Of a stretch of 64,000 nucleotides of DNA, positions 12,437 through 25,527 are shown one piece after another; positions within the stretch are counted from its first letter, which is position 1; each line of letters opens with the position of its first letter. Origin of the DNA: Octopus vulgaris (taxonomy: Eukaryota); assembly GCA_951406725.2 (NCBI GenBank), contig OX597815.1, positions 27,156,001-27,220,000 of the forward strand, given 5' to 3'. A model generated the notes under the pieces. That model was not told the origin of the DNA and did not search any database. It worked only from the letters and a program-made list of their open reading frames with translations. The translations under genes were made by a program, and so were the position numbers.

Positions 12437-14029
12437 CAGGATTAGTATCACTGTCATGACGTGGACTACTGTTTACATCTGAAAGAGAAATGTTACCATC
12501 TCCCTCATCAAAAGAAGACAAATCACTGGTGTGCACAGAGCTGATTGTAAAATCAGACAGTTCGCCTTCCATGCTGCCCTTACTCCATGAGAACTTGTAT
12601 GTCCGAGATTTTTCCTCTGGAGCTGCTTCAACATCAGCAGAAGGTTGAGTACTAGCAGATGTTTGTTCCACAAAACCATCGGAAGGCACATCTTTACTGT
12701 TATTCTTGGCAGTTGAAGAATTTTCTGCAGCTGGTTTTTCTTCACTTATTTCAACTGTTTGTTCAGAAACTTTAGTGTCTTTCTCTTTAACTAATGGGTC
12801 AGCAGATTTGTTTTTTTCAGGTGTAGTGACTGTAAATGGTAAATGAGGCAAAGGAATGTCTTCTAGTTTCGGAGCAGACCAGCTTTTTTCTTCAACGGCA
12901 AGTTTTAGAGATTCTGGAGGCTCGCTTATTCTTTGATTGATGTCTTCCCTATTTATCTCTGGAATTTTAGAACTTTGATGATCTTCATGATTTGGTACAG
13001 ATGGTAATGACGATGACGATGATGATGAAGATGTTGGTGGTGGAAGGATATCAGTGACGCATGGAGGAGGAGCTGGTTGTGGCAAAAGGGGTTTTGGTGG
13101 AATTGCAGGCAAAGATGGTTTAGTTAAAGGAGGCAGTGCTGGTTGTGAAACTAATGGGGGAACAGGGACATTAGGTGGCATAGAAGACTGCATTACTGGT
13201 AGTCCAACAGGAGGTTGTAATACAGGGTTATTATAAGGTTTGTTAACAAGTTTTGAAATAATGGGATCAGGAAGAAGTGGAGTTTTTACAGAAACTTTCA
13301 TAGGAACATTATCCAAAGGGGGTTTAGAAGGACCGTGTCCATGAGGTGGAAGGCTGGGAAGTGGTCGAGTTAATGGATCTGTGATAGGTGGAGGTGGCAT
13401 GTTTAGTGGAGGAAGGACGGGTGGATGTAAAGCAGGGGCTGCTATACCTGGTGGTTGTAGAGGAGCAGGTGGTACCGGAGGGGGAACATTCATGGGAGGT
13501 AATGTTATAGGAGCAATTGCCTGTGATAAATTAGGAGTAGCCAGTAAACCACGACCTGTTTCCTTGATACTGGAATTAGTCAAACTTGTAGTGCTACTTG
13601 TAACACTAGCCTTACTACTTGAAGTTGGGGGTGGCACTGATGTAAAATTCATAAGCGGTAGAGGGGCACCAGCAGCTAAAGGTACGCTTGGTGGCAGTAT
13701 GTGGGGAGGATACATGGGATTAAAACTAGTAGAAGTTGAGACAGTAGTTGTTGTGACAGAAGTATTCCAGGTCTGTTGTGGGATTATTGGATATGGTTGC
13801 TGAGGAAGACCAAATCCACCTGTAGCAGGAAGAAAAGCTGCAGGTGGTGGTTTGGATGTATCAGGTAATGAAAATGGCAGTATGGTCTGTTTCTGTTGAT
13901 TCTGAGCCAAAGGGGTAGGAGGCTGTGACTGCTGTGAAGTACTTGGTGGAAGTGGTCGTATTTGCTGTTGCTGTTGCCAATATGAGGTTTGTTGATAAGG
14001 AAAATAGTTATTTCCATATGAAGCATGAC
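12437..14029 (-). CDS. BOD1L1: BOD1L coding exon 4 (1593 nt, Pro-rich then acidic/Ser-rich)
   Basis: ttgtattacag acceptor and G|gtaaga donor, phase 1 to 1; open throughout; contains SDFTISSVHTSDLSSFDE, resembling the BOD1L1 SSVHTSDLSSF motif. Confidence 0.9.
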
Positions 14030-14063
14030 CTGTAATACAAATAAGAAATTTATAGTAGAAATA

Positions 14064-14362
14064 TCTTTATATATAAAAGTGAAGTTGTGTGTCTGTCTCC
14101 TACGATTTAGATTCCTAACTACTCCCACATTTTGCGGTGCAGTTTAACCAAAAGCAGGTATCTTATAGTCGTGATTCATATCAAGCCCTTCTGGGTATTA
14201 GCGCGTGTCTACGATGAGTCTACGATCTAAAAAAAAAATTGCCATCATTTTTTCCCGTTTTTAATGCATTTTTTTGCTATCATATAAGGGAAGTAACTCT
14301 CTAAAAATGCTTATATAGTTATTTCCCTTACAAACCCGAGCAACGCTGGGCGATACTGCTAG
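14064..14362 (+). mobile_element. Non-autonomous Helitron-like element (internally deleted relative to the 9423 copy)
   Basis: A|TC...CTAG|T; lacks about 100 bp lying between tctctaaaaat direct repeats. Confidence 0.8.
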
Positions 14363-14699
14363 TATTTAATAAAACATTTTTTTGAAACTAAATCTAGAAA
14401 AAATGAGAGAGAAAATGACTGTGGAAATGTGAATAATTTAGTCAGTTTACTAGCAGATATCCAATATCAGCCATCAACTTTTCAGGGTTGGAACTCTCCA
14501 TGACCAATCTTACTAGTGCCTGCTAGAAGCTTTCCAACATGATACAATCATGTAGCTAATAGTGATCTTGTATCAAACTACTATCTTCTCTTCCACCTTA
14601 TTATTTCCTACCTTCTCTAATCCCAAATGCTAATATGGCACCATTGCAATCACTATACAAACTGAAGGTTAAAAAAATGGTCTTACATATACATATATG

Positions 14700-15067
14700 T
14701 TCTTTTATTCTTTTACATGCTTCAGTCATTAGACTGCAGCCATGCTGGAGCACCACCTTGAGGTGTTTTAGTCAAATGAATCAACCCCAGTACTTTTATT
14801 TTTAAGCCTGGTCTTTTTTGCCAAACCATTAATTTACAGGGAAGTAAATATACCAACACCAGTTGTCAAGTGGTGGTGGTGGGGGAGACAAACACAAACA
14901 CACACACGTATACGACAGGCTTCTTTCAGTTTCTATCTACCAAATCCACTCACAAGTCTTAGAGTGGCCCAAGGCTATAGTAGAAAACACTTGCCCAAGG
15001 TTGCCACGCAGTGGAACTGAACCTGAAACCATGGTTGGAAAGTAAGCTTCTTACTACACAGCCACAG
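14700..15067 (-). mobile_element. tRNA-derived SINE family A
   Basis: Reverse complement of the 36031-36420 family; degenerate copies also near 11570-11745 and 23560-23750. Confidence 0.8.
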
Positions 15068-17169
15068 TTCACTAAAAAATGATAAATTACAGAATTCAAT
15101 ATATAAATGTACAGTATTCTTTAATACATTACGACCAAAAGGCTTATAATTTCTAGTACTTCAAGAGTTATGTGTCCAGTCTTTCAGTGGGTAATCTAAA
15201 TATGTTTTCTCTTGAATTATCTATTATATGAATATATATCAAAATATTATACTAAAATTATCAAGAAAACACTTATTTTTACGTTTAAAAAAAAAATCAA
15301 GCATATTTCATTTCATTTCTAACTTTCATGAAAATAATTGACAAGGGAGATCACTCTAAGAACTGCCCTTATGAAATCGCATCAAGTGATATTTAAAAAA
15401 AATTTTTTAAACACTTCAAAGCCAATGTTTTCTGGAGTTTTTTTTATTCCCTAAACCAGGCCAAAATTTAAGGAGGCTGGTATTTACACAAAAAATATTT
15501 AGCTATGTACATACAAGACACTAACAATTCAATTCTTTTGTTCGAATCATCAATGCCTTGATGCAAGATTCTTAATTTTTTGTGCGAAGATCACACCATA
15601 TTTTTGATCTGAAGCTACTGTTTCTATATGTTTGTACCTTACCAACATTTGTCCAGGTAATTTTGAATTCGTGAGGACATGGAACATAAATCTGACGAAG
15701 CTGTAGTTCATTTTTAACATGGCTGACAAATGGAATCAATTTTTGAATGTCAGTTGCTGCTATATACATTTTAGGTTCATCTTTTTTTTTTGTCTGTCTA
15801 CCTTAGCACTACATATTATTCACTTTGCCAAACAGTTACACTCCAGTGGGCAATTCTCATGAATTCTGACGCTGCATGACTGGTGCTGGTCAGCTGTTTG
15901 CCTATCGTCTTCATTCAGTTTCACAGCATTATAACCTCTGATATAACAGCCAAAATTCTTATTACCACCCTAGATATAAATATCTACAATAAATTACAGG
16001 AATAAATAAATTAAATATCTGACCTTCCTTTCTCATATCTTACAATTGAAATAAATTGTTTGGGCAGCATATGAGACAATCTTGCAAGAGAGATAATCAA
16101 TCTTGGTATTTTATCTTATCAATATTAAAAGAATGAACAACATTGGCTCTGCCAGGATTTGATGTCAAAATAGTGGTACTCTTAACTGTAAGGAGCAAAT
16201 CTTGGCATAGATTGATTTAAGATTGATTCTATCAATTTTTCTATGTACAGAGAAACTAATCTATTTAAAATATATCCCAATATTAATATCAATATTTCCA
16301 ACTCCATATCATGCCCACCTCCTCTAAAATGTGAGTAATCATGTTGCTCCATTACACTAAGAAACCTGTTCTGCTTTGGCAATCTGCACAGCAACCTCAC
16401 TAGAGCTGCTGGCATGCAAAAGCACCTAGTAACAGACTGAAAAGTGGCTGGTATTAGGCAGGGCATCCAGCTGCAGAAACCATGCTAGACAAGAGCAGGA
16501 TGCAATCCTTGAGCTCATCAGATCCTGTCAAACCATTTAACTTATGTCATCAGGAAATTCATCATCATCGTTTAACGCCTGCTTTCCATGCTAGCATGAG
16601 TTGGACGATTTGACTGAGGTCTGACGAACCAGATGGCTGCACCAGGCTCCAATCTTGATCTGGCAGAGTTTCTATAGCTGGATGCCCTTCTTAACACCAA
16701 CCACTCCGAGAGTGTAGTGGGTGCTTTTTACACGCCACCAGCACAGGGCCAAGATCTTAAATGATGATGATGATGATGATGATAATGATGATGATGAATA
16801 TTCTAAGAATAGTCTCTACATATAAAGTTTAGATTGCTTGTTTTTGTTGGTTCTGTCTTGCTGTACAAATGTTTTACACACAATCATCATCACCATCATT
16901 GTTTTTACATCCACTTTTCTACGTTTGCACAGGTAAAAATGGAATTGAAGCAAATTTTCTGCAGCCAGATGCTTTTCCTGTTCCCAAGCAAGATAATATT
17001 TACCCATGTCAAGGCACACTTTTCATTGAAGACCAGAAACTAACAACATTACTTGTATGACAATGATGCTCATTTATAATCATCATAGGATATCAAGACA
17101 AGGATAGACACAAACACACACACACCCATATACGGACAGACAGACAGATAGAAAAATATTTCTACTTAC

Positions 17170-17396
17170 TTGCCATGGCATTATTTGAAGCAGCCACTGC
17201 AGCAGCTGCAGCAGCAGCAGCGGCCAAGGCTTGCTGCTGGTGTTTCTTGCGCAGCAGCTTCTCCTGCCGCTCCTTGAAGTCAATTTCCAAATGTTCACAT
17301 ATGACTTCATCAATGCGAGGTTTGATTACCAAAAATATCTTTGGGTTAACCACTTGTTCAATGATTCGCTCCACTCCACTAGCCAAGATACCAGAC
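17170..17396 (-). CDS. BOD1L1: BOD1L coding exon 3
   Basis: cttttag|SGILASGVERIIEQVVNPKI...poly-Ala..A|gtaagt; phase 2 to 1; completes the BOD1 domain. Confidence 0.9.
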
Positions 17397-17425
17397 CTAA
17401 AAGATAATAATAATAATGATAATAA

Positions 17426-19253
17426 TTTAAGAAGGTATATGATACGATTCCTCATTCTTGGATTGTTGAATACCTGCAGATGTTTGGTGTTGCTGACATC
17501 ACAAATTTTGTGATGCATAGCATGAAAGAGTGGAAAACCAAATTGTACTCAAGTAATGTATTCCTTGGAGAAGTTAATATTAAAAGGTGAATCTTCTAAG
17601 GTGACTCATTTTCTCCATTACTTTTTGTAATTGCACTAATACCCATAACAATGACACAATATGGGAAGAAAAGCCCATCACTGAACTATCTTCAGTTTAT
17701 AGATGACCTGAAATTATTTGGGAAATCTGAAAAACACATAGATTCCTTAACCAAAATAGTCCAGAAGTGTGGTAGGGACATCGGTATGGAATTTGGAATC
17801 ACCAAATGCTCAGTACTTAATATGAAAAGAGGGAAGAAAGCAGCCTGCAGAGGATTGCAATTACCATCTGGAGAGACTATGGGTGAACCCAACGGTAGTG
17901 GGTATAGATATTTAGGGATTTTGGAGATGGACGACATTCTACACAGAGAAATGAAAGTCAAGGCCAGCGAGGTGTATCAAAAAAGGGTGAAGATGGTGTT
18001 GAAATCCAACCTGAATGCCAAAAATCTGATTACCGCAATGAATATCTGGGCAGTTGTGGTGGTCAGATATAGTGCGTCCATTCTCAAATGGACTAAGGAG
18101 GAAATATCAACACTGGATAGAAGGACGAGAAAATTGATGATGCTGCATAGGGTGCTACACCCTAAAGCAAATGTAAACAGACTGTATATGAAAAGAAAGA
18201 ATGGTGGCAGAGGACTAATTAGTATAGACTATTGTATAAGGAGTGAAAGGAGAATGCTTGCCGAGTATTTGATAAATAGTGATGAAAATCTGCTGCAAAA
18301 GATATGGGTGTAAATGCAGATGAAATGATGGGCAAGGAAGAGTTTAAGCAAAGAGCTAAGGTAAACAGAAAAGACCTTGAAATGAAAATGCATGGACAGT
18401 TTGAAAAGAATACACAAGATGTTACACAGCAGAGTGGGCATGGCTTGAGTGAGGTGATTTGAAGCATACCACCGAAAGCCTGATCATTGCTGCACAAGAC
18501 CAGGCTCTCGCTACCAATTCAGTGAAGTATAACATCTATAAAACTTTTGACACCCAGAAATGCAGACTCTGTGGAAAGAGTGTAGAAAATGTGACCCACT
18601 TGGTAAGTGGATGTGAGAGCCTTGCACAAAAAGAATACAAATGCCGCCACAATAAAGTGTGTGTGTGTATCTTCATTGGCTCTTATGTCGGAAATATCAA
18701 TATGAAGTAACAGAGAAATGGTATGAGCATGTACCAAGTAAAGTTATGCAGCAGGAAGGAGAAGTATTGATACTCTGGGACTATGATTTTCAGATGGACC
18801 GTGTAATCGAACGCGATCAGCAGGATATTGTCATATAGAATAAGAGAGACAAATATTGTCAGATCACTGATGTAGCCATACCAAATGTCATGACTGTTGT
18901 GAGTAAAAGGTTGAAAAAATCAACAAGTACTCTGAATTGAAAGTGGAGGTAGAAAGTGGAAATGGCAAGACTGTATAGAATGCGAGAGAGTAATGTAAAA
19001 GTGATACCAGTGGTGATCAGAGTGTTGGGCTCAATCCCATTGAAACTTCAAGATTTCTTAGGGCAACTGGAAATCCCATGCAAGATTGATGTCTTGCAAA
19101 AAGCAGCTTATTGAGCACAGCACACATCTTAAGGAAAGTATTATTTGTCTGAGGTCCTTGTTGTGACTTGACAGATGACTAAAAACTCCGGTGCATTTTT
19201 ACCTACACTATGTTACAAAGGAGGAGGAACAACAACAACAACAACAACAACAA
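17426..19253 (+). mobile_element. R4/Dong-like non-LTR retrotransposon (RT + CCHC + restriction-like endonuclease), 5'-truncated and decayed
   Basis: FKKVYDTIPHSW, FIDDLKLF, HPKANVNRLY, CRLC..ENVTHLVSGC..RHN and DVAIP motifs with stops/frameshifts; starts in (AAT)n and ends in (AAC)n. Confidence 0.88.
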
Positions 19254-19883
19254 TTTTTTCAAGCAATTGCTCAACATTCAATGCAATACCAAATAGGTTC
19301 ATACACTCCATAATCCAAGAATATGGGATCATATTACAATAGTTGATCCATGACTTGGTTAAGTTACTTTTCCTCCTCTTGCAGTCTCTGAGTACAGTTT
19401 TGTCTATCAGGAGTTGACCCTTGGTGCCTCTGCACTTATGCTTGCAACCCTTCTGCTGATGTGGCAGGACTCCTTTTTTTTCCAGATGTTCATACATTGA
19501 TTCTGCAAATATTCCAGTCAATAAATTCCACATAAGTGGCAAACAGGATATCGGTCTGTAATTGTCTACCGTATTGCCTTTTTCAATGTTTTTCAGGCAC
19601 AGCACTGTCCTACCCAATGTCAACCACTCTGGTGTTACTTGGTTGGCATTTAACAAGGTGTTGAGTTGTGCAGCTGTTCATGCATGACATTCACCAAATC
19701 TTTTGAACCAGTAGCCTTGAACTCCATCTGGTCCTGGGGTCTTCCAGCTGCTCATTTTTTTGCTTTCCTTCACTTCCCTAACTGAAATGACTAGTTCTGC
19801 CTGTTTTGGACAGACTACTGTTTGTTTCAGTTCTTGCAACCATTCAGCATCCTTCTTGTGCTCCTTGTCTTTGCTCCAGATGT
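19254..19883 (-). mobile_element. Inverted 5' segment of a second R4/Dong-like element
   Basis: [12 protein letters not shown]...QQKGC...QLLIDK RT N-terminal motifs on the minus strand. Confidence 0.85.
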
Positions 19884-20970
19884 CACTTCAAAACCTTTGA
19901 CTTTCAATGTAGATATAGGTCACTCCACCCCAAAAGTGACACAGACAGACTGTACATACCAGGAAACAGAGGGGGAAGAGGACTTATTAGATGCAAACAC
20001 AGCATTAGAGCAGAAGAAAACAACATAGCATGGTATGTAAAAAATGCCACAGAACCGCTATTATTAAGGTCAGGCTTGTGTAGGTTGAAAGATTGCAAAG
20101 ATTAAGCACTGTACAAGAAATTGAAAACGAATGGAATTGAAAATAGGTGGGTAAAGAAAAGAATGCATGATCAATTTCATATGGATGTTGAAGATAAGAC
20201 AGACAGAGAAAAAGATGACTGTGGATGACTAAAAGTGATTTAAAACCGGAAACGGAGGCTCTAATCTATGCTGCCAAAGAGTAAGCACTAAGAACAAACT
20301 ACATAAAATACAGAATAGACAACACAGCAGAAAGTGATAAGTGCAGAATCTGTGAACAAAATGGTGAAACCGTATGGCATATAACCAGCCAATGTACGCC
20401 AATAGCCCAGAAGGAATAAAAGAGATGCCATGACAATATAGCTAGGCTTGTCCATTGGACACTTTGCAACAAGTATAGACTTGACAGAGCAAACAATTGG
20501 TACGACCACAAACCTGAAGGCATCGTCAAAAATAGAAATGCAAAGAGATAGGGAATAGGAAGCCAAACACAGTCTTAATTGAGAAAGGAAACTATGCTGG
20601 ATCATAGATATAGCATGCCCAGCTGATAACAAGGTATGTGATCAGGAAGAAAGAAAAGTTGAGAGATATGACAGGTTAGCTTGGGAAGTTAAGCAGATGT
20701 GGTCGATGAAAAAGGTAGCAGTAGTACCAATAATTGTTGGAGCCCTGGGAACAGTGAGCAAAAATCTCGAGAAGTATGTGGAACAAATAGGGGCTGCAAT
20801 AAGGGTGGAGCACTTGCAGAAGACAGCACTGCTTTGAACCGCTCGAATGCTCCGGAAGGTGCTTGAAAAATAAGGTGTTACCTTAGTTCACTGGTAGTGA
20901 ACAGCTGATACTGTTGTACATCTCTAGCGTTAGAAGCTGTGCAAAGGCGATGATGATGATGATGATAATA
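19884..20970 (+). mobile_element. 3' segment of the second R4/Dong-like element
   Basis: LHPKSDTDRLYIP, CRIC..NGETVWHI, IIDIACP motifs, with a (GAT)n/(AAT) tail. Confidence 0.85.
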
Positions 20971-20974
20971 AAAA

Positions 20975-21530
20975 ATTTCCTGATGCAGTACCAAGCACTG
21001 GCTTTCATGACTTTTGATCTTAACTGATTGGAAGTGTTATCATGTACATTGTTTTGTCTTGGAATAAAAGATGAACTATAGTAAATATTCTGCTCGATAC
21101 CACAGACCTGCTTGTCAGTTGCTTGACCTTAACCAGTTGAGCACGTCCCTGAGTGGCTGATGATATGAACAGAAGTAATCGGAGGGAATCATAGCCATAT
21201 GTTGAGAGGAATTCTTTGGGATTTGATTAAGTCACCTCTGGAATCATGGGTGTTTTGTTCATCATCCTTAAGCAAACCTTATTCAGAGACCTTTTGAGCA
21301 GGATGGGCTACTCAACCTGAAGAAAATTCTGACTGGGCCCCACCTGCAAGGTCATGTGCTGTCTATCTTAATATGTGATCACCATGTCACACACGTATGG
21401 TTGTGATGCATGTGCCTGGTGTACCCTTATCAGACAAGTAGTCATGAAAAGTATATTGGGCTTCATATATTTGTACCCCAGTGTCACTTTGATGGCATGT
21501 GCTGTTCTCTCACTCAATAACAACAACAAT
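20975..21530. repeat. Unclassified interspersed repeat bounded by AAT/AAC runs
   Basis: More GC-rich 550-bp block between trinucleotide tails; recognised as a likely repeat, but no second copy in the window. Confidence 0.4.
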
Positions 21531-22004
21531 AGTTTCAAGTTTTGGCACAAGGCCAGTAATTTCAGGGGATGGGGTTAAGTTGATTACATCAACCCCGCAG
21601 TGTTCAACTGGTACTTATTTTACTGATCCCAAAAGAATGTAAGGCAAAGTCAACCTCAGTGGAATTTGAACTCAGAATGTAAGGACAGACAAAATGCCAC
21701 TAAGCATTTTGTTCAGCATGCTAACAGTTCTGCTGGTACTAAAAGTGAAAGAACAATCAGACTCTAATCCAGCTGGATATTCTGAGGGACTAATGGCTAG
21801 GAGTCTTAAACGTTAAACTCTTAATCATATGTGCTGTTAATTTTGATCAAACTTTATATGTAATTAAAAACATCTCTCCAACACATTTATCTAGCTTTCT
21901 CAGTAAATACCATACTGCAGAAAATCAGTTGCCTATTTGATACAAGGCCAATTTAGCAAAGTGAAAGTACAATCAAATCACCACCTTATGACATAATAAA
22001 AATA

Positions 22005-22372
22005 AATGGTGTGGCTGTGTGGTAAGTAGCTTGCTTACCAACTACATGGTTTCAGGTTCAGTCCCACTGCGTGGCACCTTGGGCAAGTGTCTTCTACTAT
22101 AGCCTCGGGCTGACCAAAGCCATGTGGGTGGATTTGGTAGACGGAAACTGAAAGAAGCCCGTCGTATATATATGTATATATATATGTGTACGTGTATGTT
22201 TGTGTGTCTGTGTTTGTCCCCCTAGCATTACTTGACAACCGATGCTGGTGTGTTTATGTCCCCGTCACTTAGCGGTTCGGCAAAAGAGACTGATAGAATA
22301 AGTACTGGGCTTACAAAGAATAAGTACCGGGGTCGAGTTGCTTGATTAAAGGCGGTGCTCCAGCATGGCCAG
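22005..22372 (+). mobile_element. tRNA-derived SINE family A
   Basis: gtggctgtgtggtaagtagcttgc...ggttcagtccc head, ttgggcaagt CORE-like box, internal TA/TG microsatellite. Confidence 0.88.
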
Positions 22373-22596
22373 CATTTGTAGGGAGAGGGCTAGTCAGTTA
22401 AATTGACCCTAGCACTTAACTGATACTTTATTTTATCAGCCCTGAAAGAATGAAAGAAAGGTAAAGTTAACCTCAGAGGAATTTGAACTCAGAACATAAA
22501 AAGCTAGAACAAATACTGCAAAGCAATTTTTCTGAGACCCAAATGGTTTTGCTTTAATAATATAAAAATATAAGAATACAATAGTTGTCAACATAC

Positions 22597-22721
22597 TGAT
22601 TGATATGTTTTCTTAGTTGGTCTCGTAACTGATTTTTATTCAGATTTGGGCTCCACACCTGCTTCTCCAAAAAGCGGGACACATGCCCTTCCATTCGTTG
22701 CCTCAAATTCTGATAGGCTGG
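22597..22721 (-). CDS. BOD1L1: BOD1L coding exon 2
   Basis: tttttacag|PAYQNLRQRMEGHVSRFLEKQVWSPNLNKNQLRDQLRKHIN..CA|gtatgt; conserved BOD1 motif; phase 0 to 2. Confidence 0.93.
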
Positions 22722-23550
22722 CTGTAAAAAGAAAAGAAAAAGAAAAAAATTAATTATTTATAATAACACATAAAGTGTGAGTGAGGCAATTTAAAATTAA
22801 TTTCATTACCATTCTTGGATATTACTTGTTAATGCAACAACTGTTTTTATTTCTCACAATCTCTACAACAATTAATATTTTCTTTCCACCTGTTGTATCT
22901 ACAGTCACATCTCAGAAGATAACTTAATGTTATTTCAGAAGTAATATAGTTTGAAGAGAGAGGTCATTAGTTAAGGTAAAGAAACTTAGAAGAGAACCAA
23001 TCTATTTATGAAATGATGGTAAAGTAGCTATCAATGTTAGATTAGTGCAAGTCTAACCTCATTAGCAGCAAATTTGACGAGATCATCATCATCATCATTT
23101 TACAGTCCACTTTTCTATACTTGCATGGGTCAGACAAAACTTACCTGCTTCCCTATAATCAGATATGTTTTCACAGAATATTGGAAATGACTGATATTCA
23201 TTTACAACAATCATGTGATGTCAAGACAAAGAGAACAAATACATACACACTCACACACACATTTTTAAATGCATGTATACGATTTTTACGATAGCCAGAA
23301 AAGATGCAATTTGCAACACAGCTCCACATAACAAATGTGAAACTGATCAAGTGTGTGTGTGTGTGTGTATTAAAATCTGAATAAATTCTCATACATTGTC
23401 TGAGCATTTTTGACTTCATTTCTTCTGTACTACCACATGTTTGGATTAATAATAATAATAATAATAATCATCGTTTAACGGCCATCTTCCATGAATGCAT
23501 AGGTAGGACAGTTCACAGGAGCTGGCCAGGTATAATGACTTATATAATAT

Positions 23551-23593
<43 letters not shown>

Positions 23594-24544
23594 TGGGCTT
23601 CTTTCATTTTCCATCTATCAAATCTACTAACAATGCTTTGGTTGACTTAGAGCTATAGTAATAGACATTTGCCCAAGGTGTCACACTGTGAAAGTGAACC
23701 TGAAATCATGAGGTTGGGAAACTGCTTAACCAGACAGCCATGCTTGTACCTGAGTTAAACCTCTTGAATAGTATTTTCTTAAAGGATGAGAAATTACTGG
23801 TAGTCATTAAGGAAAATGATAAAGTGGTAATTAGAACTGTCACTAGGGATGATGCACAACTGCAGACTGAAAGTAAAGTAAAGAATCTTTTGAATCTTCA
23901 ATGAAAATTCAATGCTGATGTACAGATGGTTGGGCATCAAGTTATAGATGCTGGCTAGATTTGCAAGTTGCTGTGTGTTTACAGGTTATAAACGAATATG
24001 AGAACGTAACAGAGTTAATATTTTCATTATCATACTTCTAATGAAATACTCTACCTTCATTTCAATTTAATTTTGAAGAATTTTGTAAAATACTCTTGCC
24101 ACGCCACCTTGACTAGCTTCTGTGCCGGTGGCACGTAAAAAGCACCAACCAATCATGGCTGCTGCCAGCCTGCCCTGGCACCTGTGCCGGTCACACATAA
24201 ATAGCACCAACTACACTCTCGGAGTGGTTGGCATTAGGAAGGGCATCCAGCTGTAGAAACACTGCCAGATCAGACTGGAGCCTGGTGCAGCCTCCTGGCT
24301 TCCCAGACCCCAGTCGAACCGTCCAACCCATGCTAGCACGGAAAATGGACATTAAACGATGATTATTATTATTAAGCTAGTGTTTGGAACATAAATTAAC
24401 ATGAAACTTTAATGGGGTTTTAATTTAGATCACTTTAAACAAGAAGTTTATAATGTAGAACCAGGAGCAATTTCAGACAGATTGGTATCAAAGGAGTTAA
24501 ACTTTGAGGCCTTATCAAAGAAAAGAAAAAAATGAATATTTGAA

Positions 24545-24878
24545 GGAGTGGCTGCGTGGCAACTTGGGCAAGTGTCTTCTACTATAGCCTCGGGCTGACC
24601 AAAGCCTTGTGAGTGGATTTGGTAGACGGAAACTGAAAGAAGCCCGTCGTATATATGTATATATATGTGTGTATGTTTGTGTGTCTGTGTTTGTCCCCCT
24701 AGCATTGCTTGACAACCGATGCTGGTGTGTTTACATCGCCGTCACTTAGCGGTTCGGCAAAAGAGACCGATAGAATAAGTACTGGGCTTACAAAGAATAA
24801 GTCCCGGGGTTGATTTGCTCGACTAAAGGCGGTGCTCCAGCATGGCCGCAGTCAAATGACTGAAACAAGTAAAAGAGT
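24545..24878 (+). mobile_element. SINE family A with deleted tRNA head
   Basis: ggagtggctg joined directly to cgtggcaacttgggcaag; the rest matches the family through the gaaacaagtaaaagag tail. Confidence 0.85.
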
Positions 24879-25306
24879 ATTATGCAGGGGATGGGTAGGA
24901 AGACCCATCCTGAAGTGGGATTATTAGGAAAAGTAATAGAAAGTTTGGAGCATTAGGCACAGTAAGGACAATGAGGCAGAGAACAAGTATGATAGGTGGA
25001 CTTTGATGGCAGAGTAAGAGAATAGAAGTATTAGAAGGAGAAGAGAGTACATCTATCAGTTAGAGATTGCAGTGTATTGTTAAGGGAATTTTCACCAATC
25101 AACCAAATGGCCTTCACTTGGATGTGGTCTAGAATGTCTAACTATTGTTAATTTACAAGAAGGTTGCAGAATAAGACTATTTCCTTCATATATGCTATTG
25201 AAGAAGACCAAGTTGTCAGATTCCACTGAAGTTTCCGTTCATCTCTTGGTTAAATATGAAGGTGTCTGTGTGCAATACATTAGGAAAAGGTGAAAGGTAA
25301 TATTAA

Positions 25307-25527
25307 CCCTTTTGTTACTAACCCAGCTGAAACTGGCGCTGGCTCTTTAGTATAAATGTCTTGTTTACGTAAGTTTTGAATTCAAATCTTCCACCAAATC
25401 TTGGTCACAATTTATGTTCTTGATACTAGCTCAATGATAACAATGTTATTTTACTAAATTCTTTGTTATATTTAAAGTAATTGAATGAAATACAGAGCAT
25501 CTCAAAATAAATACAGTAACGAAAGGG
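25307..25527. mobile_element. piggyBac-type MITE
   Basis: TTAA|cccttttgttact ... agtaacgaaaggg|TTAA terminal inverted repeats. Confidence 0.85.

Noticed and set aside
13054-13803. Gly-rich plus-strand ORFs
   Set aside because: Antisense shadow of the Pro-rich BOD1L exon 4.
15572-15769. Extra BOD1L exon
   Set aside because: Exons 3 and 4 already join in phase; no convincing splice pair or homology.
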